DNA of 64,000 nucleotides from NCBI RefSeq assembly GCF_006345805.1, contig NC_043008.1:45632001-45696000 (forward strand), read 5' to 3'. The translations under genes were made by a program, and so were the position numbers. This document shows positions 53,700 to 64,000 of the stretch, in pieces. Source of the stretch: Octopus sinensis. Taxonomy: Eukaryota. The notes beneath the pieces were generated by a model. It was not told where the DNA came from. It saw only the letters and a program-made list of their open reading frames with translations, and ran no database searches. Numbering within the stretch: the first letter of the stretch is position 1; each line of letters opens with the position of its first letter.

Positions 53700-54010
53700 A
53701 TTGAAAGATAATGAAAGAAACAAAACTGGACCCATTGGAGAGTGTTTGAAGAATTCCGTGAGTGGAATCAATGCTAAAATGATGAGTGGATGACGCCAGT
53801 TTGGGAAATGTCAAGAAGGAATAAAATATCATATTGTATGCCTAAAATGGGGGTTTATTGGACTTATTGGCAAGTAGGTCCTCATTCTATAACGGAAAAA
53901 AAGCGTAGACAAAAGACTCCCGTTAATTCCTATAACAGATCCAGTCAAAAGCTTTACAGGTGTCTAGGACAAAAGCGTTGCTTTCAAAGAATTTCTCTTG
54001 AGTGAAAGAC
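53700..54010 (-). mobile_element. Ancient LINE RT remnant
   Basis: AFVLDTCKAFDW resembles the RT motif FLD..KAFD; otherwise decayed. Confidence 0.35.
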
Positions 54011-56149
54011 ATAAGAGATTAGATCACGAATACGTCTGTATTTAGGAAAGTACAGCACACTAATGGTCATTATTGGGTGGGGGTGGGGGGCGAGCGCGCG
54101 TGAGAGAGAGAGAGAGAAAGATTGAGAAAGAATTGTTCTCGTCAGCTATTATTCCTTTCCTTTCGAAATATTGGGAGTGCAGTAATATGGCTATTGTCAG
54201 GGCCAGAGATATTTGGGAGAAATTGGGCATATTCTAATGTGTTCCCATTGATTAGAAGAGAGTGTGATATTGACGAAGCTAAGGAGCATTAAAGTAATGT
54301 CTCGTATGCAGTATTATGAGAGCAGTAAGTAAGATATTAAGATGGCAGCATTGCTGGTTTGAATCAGCCTTGGTAAATTTCTCGTTGTATTGTGTGTATA
54401 GTTGGGGAAGGCCTGGTTGGTTTGAATCTGATAGTGTGAACATATGCTGCCATGAGTTGGATGCAAAATGGGCTTCTCTGTGGGGATACTGATTAAAGGG
54501 AGCAGAGGAATCAGCCATCATTTGAGAATTTCGATAGGATGAGGGCTGTGCGACGTATAATGGCATTTTCCGTAGTTCAAAAAGAGGCGTCACCATAGCT
54601 GCATTGCTGGGTAAAGCTTTAGGGAATTAATTGGTTTCATAGCTGCTATGCGGCCAAGAGTGTATCCATTTGGGGCTTTGAACTGTAAAATTTTGTTGTA
54701 TGAGATGTGGACAAATATGCATAGATAGACGTTTAAAGTCAGACGATTTACTGTTTCTTATGGGTCACGGCCAAATTAACCATGTTTTCAAAAATAGATC
54801 ATTATTTCCAACCTACGGAGGAGTCTCAAATGGAGTCGCTGAACATACAAAAAACAGGAACACTTCCGCATATTACATACTATCGCCAAAAGCAGTGAAG
54901 GTTACATTGAATAAACATGAACTTATACGGAAAATTGTGAGAGTGTCCCGGTTGTAATACTTTTGAACATAGAACAATGCTTGTGTGGGGAGACCTAAGT
55001 CTGAAAGACAATGGTGTGTTGGCAAATTTATTAGATCAATGACCAAAATGTTTTATGGCGTTAGTATCAACTCCCGCAACTCCGAGTTCAAATCTCGGCG
55101 AGGTCAACTTCTTTGGCTCAAATCGATTCGGCCTCGACAACAAAAAGAGTCAACGAAAGCGGCGGGTTGCTGGAATACTTCCAGTTTTGAAGAAAATATT
55201 TTGCGCCATGAGTGTTGCCTCTTTTCCATGTATGTTTTTCACTGGTAGGAATTCTTCAGTCACACTTTCATCTGGTCTTTGGATAGTAAACCTAACACAC
55301 CATTGCGTTTAACACTCTCCTCAAGCCCTTGGTTAACTTCAGCGGATTTCTCTCGCTGGCAAACATTTGGTCCCGCTCCCCTATTTGGTGATAACACTCC
55401 TTTTTCTCAGTCAAATCCAGAGACCATGAAAAACTTTGTGATGCATAAGAACAGTTTTCTTTTTCGGATTGAATCTTAAAATAAAAATACAACAAATAAT
55501 GTTACGTCTAAAATTACATCTTGTTCTTGACGCCCAAATTATCCTGCGTTTAAAAATATTTTCCATGAATACTTTCTACACCAACAATTTCTGTCTCGAA
55601 GACCTGTATTGATTCCAGAGTTAGATTCATTAAACCATTCATACGGATTCAGCAGCGTGAAATTTTGCTGCATTGATGATATTTATGATCGAAATATATT
55701 AGTATTTTCACACTTGTGTATGTTTGATCGTTGCACATCTTGATGAAAATAATTAATATTGGAGATTAAAGAACACTCCTACAGATGCACACAATGTCTC
55801 AGTAACAACAACAATTAGGCAACATATACGCATACATACTCACTCACACACACACAGAGGCAGCAGAGCACGGTTGAATAAATTCATTGAATATTATGAC
55901 AATGGACACTCTTAATAATAAACAAAATGATAACAAAGAATAATAAACACATATAGAATTTATCGACTGACTGAAATAACTGAAAATGAACAATACACTC
56001 AAACTACAAATTGTAGGAAAGGAAAACATTTAAATCTGCCATTTCTTGTCTTCACATCTCTTTAATGCAAACGAGAGCAAAAACAACGTATTGTGTTGAG
56101 ATGCGCCATGAAAACTACAACTGTAAGGTATACACACACACATCAAAAT

Positions 56150-56360
56150 GTGACCGCGTGTGTACCGTTGGCGATTTTATTTCTTCCATCTTCCCTTCCT
56201 TGGACCTTTCCTTTTTCTATGATTCTGACGAAGAGTTCCGCTCGAAACGTTAAATCTTCCCTCTTTCTTTCCTTTCGGGATCATCCAATAACACTATACT
56301 TGTTCCACGTTCTCGCGTTGTTGTGTTTTCTCTTTGTGTTTTCATGTTTCGATTAACGAT
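56150..56360 (+). mobile_element. Penelope-like solo terminal repeat containing a mini-hammerhead variant (56221-56256)
   Basis: gatt-CUGACGA-a-gag-uuccg-cuc-GAAACGUU-aaauc; homologous to 30945-31145. Confidence 0.65.
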
Positions 56361-57755
56361 ATATATATTATATATATATATTGGATTGCCCATATTCTGT
56401 CCCCTACGATAGTTTCAATCTGTCAAACATACTGGACTAAATTCAAGGGCAGATAAAGCGAATAGTTACTATGTTTCTTAAAGAAAATTAATTATGATTA
56501 TTATGAATCAATAATTCAGATTTTGTCTTGATTTTACGCGTAGTTTTCATGTAGTCTAAATTAAGCCATCGTGGTTAAATGAATATATATGTGCATATAT
56601 AATAATTATTTGAGGGAATATAATTCCTAACTTACAGTGAAAAATTCAATTTAGAAATACTAAATCAAATGTCACAAAATATATGTATATATAAATTAGA
56701 AAAAAAAACACCTTTTAACAATTGAAAATGAACAATTAAATTGCACCATCTAGAAAATTACATAAAGCAAAATAACAATAATATACCGATGAATAAGTAA
56801 ATTGCAAAATAATAATAAAAACGTACATGTTAAATATCTTAATATAAACTGAAGTAAAGTGGTAGATGTTTCACTGAATTGAATAGCTGTCAATTTTAGG
56901 TTGAAAGTTCTCGAAGATTTTCCAGTTACAAAAATAGTTTCTTTAACTCTCTAATCTATTAAAGATGTGATGAACGACTCTTGATAATTGACATGTAAAA
57001 TCTTATAGACAGAGGTTTCCGTTTGGTAACAATATTGTCAAATATTCTATTGGTGGTTTCAGCATCAAAAGTACATATGCTACATCCATCCCATACGTAA
57101 CCATCGGTTTACCTCACTGATTCTGAAAGGATTTAAGGTAAGGTTGCACGAAACAAGATTTGAATACAAAAACTGAAGGTCCTTAAATAAATAAAACAAT
57201 TCATTTAACCCAGAGCAATAAGGAATCGGTCAAGGGGTGTTTAAAATGTCGAATTTCAGGATTAGCGGATACCTCACAATTGGAGAGTATACACTTGACA
57301 TCGGAGTCAGGAGTTGACAGCTTTTTATTTCATAGTTTCAGGAAAGCCGAAAAGCATAGTTAACCTGACCGAATTATTCGAACATACATCATAAACGACG
57401 GTAGCTGCAAGACAGTGTGGCCGCCACTGTAATGATCGGCCAATCCACCGCCCAACTACATTTGTAATATATTGCACATAAAGTTAATTGCTTTTATAAT
57501 TGTTCTTCAATTATTTTAGGAAAGAGAATAATAATTGAGGCAAGCATTGTTTTACTGATTGTTCTATTGATTATTTCTTATAATAGTTTATTGTAACGGC
57601 AAATGATACTAATTCTACAAAATGCACAATGAAAATTTTGTTTTAATTTATGAAAATTTATATCAACATCCTTAATAGAGACAATAGCAGTGTATGGATA
57701 TTCTCATACTTCCAAATACTGGGAACAAAATTCATTTATCTTTACATTACTATCA

Positions 57756-57789
<34 letters not shown>

Positions 57790-57792
<3 letters not shown>

Positions 57793-58170
57793 TTGTCTAC
57801 TCTGTATGCAGAGTTTGACCACCTCCTGTACCTACACGATAGAACCATCAAGACGTCTGATGTGGCTTTTTAAACCAGACAATGATCTGAAAAGACACCC
57901 ACATAGATTGCGCCTCTGATTTGGCTGACCAATACCTGCATAAAAGTTCTATTCTTTGTAGAACTTAAAATGTTTTTTGAGTCCTCCGTTGGATTTGCAA
58001 GCCTTCTGGCATACATTGCATTTAAAGGTGTGCACAGGCATATAGGCAGAATAGTTGGTGGAGGTTCGTTTTCCATGCGTTCGCAGATGAGATTTGAACC
58101 CAGCAAAAGACAGGCATGGTCTGTCACAGACTGTGCACACAAAAAGGTCATTGTCATTCACCTTCCCGCT
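57790..58170 (-). mobile_element. 3' end of an RTE-like LINE with three C2H2 fingers
   Basis: CTVCDRPCLSFAGFKSHLRTH, CNVCQKACKSNGGLKKH and LCGCLFRSLSGLKSHIR, then a short 3' end into (TA)n. Confidence 0.65.
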
Positions 58171-58359
58171 CATTTCGCCCGGCGTGCTAACGATTTTTCC
58201 GGATCACCGTTTTAATAATTATAATGATCGTAATAATAATAATAAAGCAAGGGTGGTGGATCATACCTTAAGTTTATCGTCACATAATAGATTGGTTTTG
58301 AACCTGTAACCTGAAATGATTTTATCATCCACCGGACCATTTAACAAGTAATTAACATA

Positions 58360-58578
58360 TTTATTTCTTTATTGCCCACGGGAGCTAAACATAGACGGGG
58401 CAAACTGGAGAGAAAAAGAAATTAAGTCGATTATATCAACTCCAGTGTGTAACTGGTACTTATTTAATTGACCCCAAAAGGTAAAGTCGACCTTGGCGGA
58501 ATTTGAATGTAACGGCAGAAAAAACACCGTAGACAGTTCATCCGGCGGTGCTAACGATTCTGCCAGCTCGCCGTCTTA
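58360..58578 (-). mobile_element. Family A SINE
   Basis: Reverse complement of gacggcgagctggcagaatcgttagcacc..caaattccgccaaggtcgactttacc. Confidence 0.8.
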
Positions 58579-58699
58579 ATAATAATTATAATGATCGTAA
58601 TAATAACAACTAGATGGACCCGCAAAAAATTCACGGAAATCATTAAAAATGTAACTATCTGTAAGCAGTGTACTGGTTCCAAGAGAAATGTTTGTATAT

Positions 58700-58850
58700 T
58701 ATGACCGTCTGTCTTTACGTTCTCAGTTCAAATTCTGCCGAAGTCGACTTTACCTTTCGTCCTTTGCGGTCGATATATTAAGTACCAGTTGCGTAATGCG
58801 GTCGATCTAATCAACTGGCACCTCCCTCCCCACAGAAATTTCAAGCCTAG
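58700..58850 (+). mobile_element. Family A SINE, partial
   Basis: gttcaaattctgccgaagtcgactttacctttcgtcc..aagtaccagttgcg. Confidence 0.8.
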
Positions 58851-59034
58851 AAAAGTATATTGCGACAGTTACAGATTCTAGAAAGTAATGTAACACTAAT
58901 GACTATATAATCCACCCAAAATATCTGTTCCACAAACGTCAACGGAATTACTATTTAACCTTAAAAAGACATCGTACATATTCAAAGGAGCTTCTTTTTT
59001 TAGTGATACGGAACGTTCATCTGGCATTCTTTTA

Positions 59035-59250
59035 TTCTTTTACTTGTTTCAGTCATTTGACGGTGGCCATGCTAGAGCACCGTCCTTTAGTCGAAGAAAT
59101 GGACCCCTGGACTTATTCCCTGTAAGTCTTGTGCTTATTCTACCTGTCTCTTCTGCTGAACAACTAAATTACGGAGACGCAAACGTACCAACATCGGTGT
59201 GAAGCAATGGTGGAGGCGGGACAAACACACATTGTCCTGAGAGAGACAAG
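59035..59250 (-). mobile_element. Family B SINE 3' part
   Basis: tacttgtttcagtcatttgacggtggccatgc. Confidence 0.8.
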
Positions 59251-59287
59251 CACACCCACAAATACAGCCGCAAACACATACGTAGCC

Positions 59288-59330
<43 letters not shown>

Positions 59331-59773
59331 AGACACCTACCACAAGCACACACGCACCTACAAACACCCACGCATCTACAATCACACACACCCTCCCTCC
59401 ACAATCGCCTAATATAAAAAAAGAGAAACACCTTCACGGCGATAAACAAAAATAATAAACTCTTAAGAGACCAAATTGGTTTAATGAAATCGGCGAAAAA
59501 ATATATCGCAACAGATTTAAATAGTATAATTCTTGTAAATGTCGAGTTTTATACCATTGACGATGCAGACTATTTCGAACTAAAAAAAATCTTTTGCGGA
59601 GGACGTCGGCCTGTTACAGATGAACTTTTCGAGCCATCTGTATAGGCAATTCGTGAAAAAAATGACCTCGCAAACCACAACACTCACAGACAGCAAAGAG
59701 GAGGGTGACACTACACCCTCTCTCCCGTTAAAACAGTAAGTTTTAAACATGCGACTTATTTTTCACATTCTCG

Positions 59774-60365
59774 TTTAAACTCGGTTGGTTAAATATTCGC
59801 GTCCTGGGGTCGTATTGGAAGCAAGGCTAACTCCTTAACGACCTTGGGACGCATGGTTTGGACGTAGTTGTAATTACCGAATCCATACTGAGTGGGCTGC
59901 AGGCTTTTTCACACCTAAACGGCTACTTCGAACACGTTAGTATTGCTAGGTGACTTCAACACAATTTGCGAAACAAATTTTTACAGTAAAACTTTCCTAC
60001 ACGCGATTGTGCAATGCCTCAAGGTGACCTAGCTTTGGGCTTATGTCGAACACCTTCTGTCGCATTCGAGAAGAGTACAACTGTCGAGCGAATCTGTAAT
60101 TAAGATCGTTCCGCCGACCTCCCTGGATAGGGAGGAGCGAACCTGTTTTCTCTCTGTAGCTGCTATGGCGAAAGAGGCAGTATGGAAGACGAGAGTGGAA
60201 GGAATTGCAACAGGCATGTTCATCTCCAGTCTCGAGCTAATCGACTTTTTCGTTTTCCACATGAAACGGAAAATAAGGCTGGAGAAGAAATGCCTGTAGC
60301 AAAGTGTGTTTCGTAAAAGATGGAAGTCTATAGCAAGTATGTTGCGAGTGAAAGAACCTGTTTAA
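59774..60365 (+). mobile_element. Tx1/L1-like LINE, massively internally deleted
   Basis: LGWLNIRVL..DVVVITE and LVLLGDFN (APE), then directly HAIVQC..LWAYVE..AKEAVWKTR..FHMKRK..FRKRW (ORF2 C-terminus). Confidence 0.7.
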
Positions 60366-62465
60366 ACGAGAATATAAAAAAGGAGAAAGCAAAGTCTTCA
60401 GTGCGAGTATGTGGTTTGGAGGGTCGACCGCGTCCTCCGCTTCATTTTTTTTGTAAATCACTCATTCTCATTTAATTGTATATAATTTAATTGTTTGTTT
60501 ATTCATACGTTTCGTCTCATTCGATACCCTGACCACAATGTTTGTTTTGTCTGTCCTCGTATAGTCCCCTCTTTTTCTCAACCTTATGGTTAATAAAGAA
60601 ATTACTGTCTCTTTCGCTTTATCTCTCACTCCCTCTCTTACTTCCTCTGCCCTCCTCTCTCTCTCTCGTTTTGCCACTTCTTTCAAGTGTGCCACAACAC
60701 AGGTACGTACAAGAATAAAAAGTTAACGTATTAATATTATTGATAATAATAATAAACTTATACACCGTAGGTGCAAAGATTCAAGGGAGTTGGGTTATGC
60801 CTTAAGTTGATGGCCATACAATACATTGATTTTGAACCAATAACCTGAAATCATGAATTTGAAATAATAATTTTATCATCCACTGGACTATTGAACATGT
60901 AATTAACATATTGCGTTCATTTATCTTGATTAGAACTAAAAGCGATATATTGTGGCGTATACAGAACGTGATGTTGCACAAATTCTCTCTGCAGTAAGAT
61001 GTAAATGAGGAAGCATGGCTTAACAAGAGATTGAATGAGCGACGGAATTCTGTTTAGTAAGAGATCCCCTCTTACTATGCGTTACATGTATCACAACACT
61101 AGGCCTTTACAACCACACAGAAATGAAATACTCTGATATATAAAGTTAGAACAGGTGTTCCAGTTTCGTGGTTTGAAATCTGCTCTTTTTAATTGTACGA
61201 TGGATTAGGATACAGAGAAATGCTTGTATATGACATGAATTTTAAACAGAATGTGAGAAAATGCAATGTGGTTCGTCAGGTAAACATTGAAAGAAGTTAT
61301 TGAAGAGGTCAGTAATAGAAGGTTTAGAATATGCTTCGCTAAACGGAGAATCAACGAAATATTATACATATGACAATATATTTCACATATGGTCCGTCTC
61401 CCTCCATATTTTGTTTAGTTTGTCCCACTTATTCTCTCTCTCTCGCTCTCACACACACACACATTTCTATGGATTCATAGAATTGCATGGTTATCACAGA
61501 AATTCCTCTATCGAACTCGACTAAAAGATCACATTCAGCCTTAGGATTTCGGCCGTTTCATAGCTCGCTTCTTGTTGTAATAATTTGAGTGTATAAAATT
61601 AAGTTTACATGTCTGCACTTTTATGAGAAAAATGTTGACATGTCTGCTGATCAGAAGATCGTATACAAATAGCAAAAAGATATTTGCTGATATAGAAATA
61701 CATTTCTAAATATTTGGATATGATACACACCCGCTTTGTGTGTGGTGGGGGTGTATGTGCGCGCATGTGTGCGTGTGTGTGAGTTCTTTTTCTTTAAATC
61801 TAAATTGTGAAGTAATTTAGTATATGTGGTTATTGTCTACTATGCACTCAGAGAAACTAGCACCGAGATAGCATCGTATGAATGGATGGTGTCCAGAAAC
61901 CTTTGCTCTTCGATGTTTTGATAAATTACATGACCTGTAAAAATCCTGCTCCTTGACATTTCTTTCTATATCGCCACTGAATTGCATAACTTTTGTGGAA
62001 GATTGTTTAACGGAGAGATAGATTTAGAGATAAAAATACACAGGATTGAAAGTAAAACTTTATATCAACCTACAGGTAACCATACAGACTATTAAAACAC
62101 ACACACACATCTTTAGGCTACCTTTAAAAGTATGGAAATGGAGTGTGCAGAATTCTAAATATTTCTGAGAGTGGGGTATGTACTTATGAAGTAAGCTGTA
62201 TTATACATTATGATATTTTAAAAAGAACTACGATATTTGCAAAGAAAAAGTAATGGAATTTGATTAAAATAATAAATGATATAAGTACTGTCACTGATCA
62301 GTTTTTCGCTTTATCATACTAGGTTTAAGTTGGGAATATAAAAAAACAAAAACTTTTAATATATAATTTGATTGGATAAATGTACAATAGAATATCGGTT
62401 TTCGAACAACGCTGATCACGAATAAATTTTACTTTATCTCCTGCCATTCTCACATTCATTTAATA

Positions 62466-62510
62466 CAGTAGTACCTCGGTTTACGAACGCCTCTGATCAC
62501 GAATAAATCG

Positions 62511-62547
<37 letters not shown>

Positions 62548-62594
62548 GATAATTTATTAGCGATCAGAATTGCTCGAAAACCGAGGTACTACTG
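62466..62594. mobile_element. Tc1/mariner/pogo-type MITE
   Basis: Perfect 17-bp TIR cagtagtacctcggttt / aaaccgaggtactactg, TA on both sides, (TA)n core. Confidence 0.88.
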
Positions 62595-62667
62595 TATTTA
62601 GACAGAGAGTATGCTATTAAATTGGAAAGATAACTATAAATTCTATATTTATGCACAAGTGCGCAGT

Positions 62668-62718
<51 letters not shown>

Positions 62719-62722
62719 CCAT

Positions 62723-62878
62723 AGGCGCAGGAGTGGTTGTGTGGTAACAAGCCTGTGTGGGACCTTGGGCAAGTGTTTTCGGCTATAAATTCGGCTCGAC
62801 GAAAACCTTGTGAGTGAATTTGGTAGACGGAAACTGAAAGTAGTCCATCGTACACATCGACACACGCACACACACACG

Positions 62879-62927
<49 letters not shown>

Positions 62928-63175
62928 TATATATAATTGTGTCTTTGTGCTTGTCCTTCCTACCACTAGACAACCGGTGCCCGTGTGTTTACATCTCCGT
63001 AACTTACTGGTTCGGCAAAAGAGACCAATAGACTAAGTACAAGGTTTTAAAAAGTGAAGTACTAGGGTCTATAAATTCTACTAAATAATTACTAGGGTCG
63101 ATGCATACTACTAATTCGTTAAGGTGGTGCCACAGCATGGCCATAGTCCAATGGCTGAAACAAGCAAAAGATAGA
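62723..63175 (+). mobile_element. Family B CORE-like SINE with internal microsatellite
   Basis: ggcgcaggagtgg.tgtgtggtaa head, gaccttgggcaagtg, tail catggccatagtccaatggctgaaacaagcaaaag. Confidence 0.85.
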
Positions 63176-63659
63176 AGATATATAAACATGCAGAGACACC
63201 ACAAATTGGAAGCAAGTTGCCATTCCACTTTTGACAGACATATTGTGCGAAACCTATTGTCTGACGAGATCTCTCCAAGCGCTGAGAATGCTTTCCACCC
63301 GTACGTAATGCATATAACAGGTATACACGTACTCATATATAAGCATATGCATACATAGAGTGCATGAGAGTGAGGGAGAAAGACAACTGAAAAAGGAAGT
63401 AGCCTGTACAACGTGCTTGTTCATGGATAGAACTTTCCTCTCTGTCTGTCATTCACGCTACTCTCTATAATCATATATGACCTTTGAAATGCAGATGATT
63501 TCATGCGTAAATGAAACTAACATTTCCGCTAATGTGCTTCGTATTCCTGACAATATGGGAACTGAAGGAAGGCATATTATAACGTAGAAACTACAAGCAC
63601 AACGAAACGCCCACATTCCAAAACATATCAAGCATTTTTCTTTCTCTCTTTCTCTTGCC

Positions 63660-63715
<56 letters not shown>

Positions 63716-64000
63716 TTGAACAATGTGATCATTACATCAATTTAAAATGCAGACCAGTCTTCAGCTGCAGAAAGACAGAGAGTTTAATTAAATTAGAACA
63801 GATGGACATATTAGTATAATTATGCCTAAAATTTACAAGAAGTTAAGGAGATAGACAAAGAACATGCTGTCTCACTCCAGCATAGCAGTTACTAAGTTAT
63901 CAGGAAGATATACATTGTTGCAGACTCTGCCTGTCACTGATTTTTTGTTTGTGTTTATGGGGTCAGTTTTAATTTATTGACTAGTTTATCAAATCTCTTG

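Noticed and set aside
57949-58173. Host C2H2 zinc-finger gene
   Set aside because: The fingers are degenerate and frameshifted, and end in a LINE-like 3' end; the apparent start lies in a SINE.

Overview
Eukaryotic, AT-rich, repeat-saturated DNA with one 100-N assembly gap (19394-19493). The SINE families and long (TA)n arrays suggest an octopus or other coleoid cephalopod; this is an inference from remembered repeat families, not a database hit. I found no credible host protein-coding exon, rRNA, real tRNA or CRISPR array, and most ORFs in the track are translated microsatellites. The window holds 8 or more copies of a CR1/L2-like LINE (one near full length at 36.6-40.1 kb, with APE, RT and a CCCH finger in ORF1), a 5'-truncated Penelope element with inverted terminal repeats, a Tc1 (DD34E) transposon with IR/DR ends, fragments of R4-, RTE- and Tx1-like LINEs, a MITE and many tRNA-derived SINEs. 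The most notable unannotated signal is a set of type I hammerhead ribozymes. Four have intact cores, 8-nt palindromic stem III and a GUA cleavage site (three within 700 bp at 41.37-42.06 kb, one at 32.2 kb), and two further families have variant cores. All sit in Penelope-like terminal repeats, mostly with inverted duplications. Also notable are a covarying 3'-terminal stem-loop shared by LINEs and a SINE, apparent LINE targeting of TA microsatellites, and two in-frame stops shared by two separate LINE copies.
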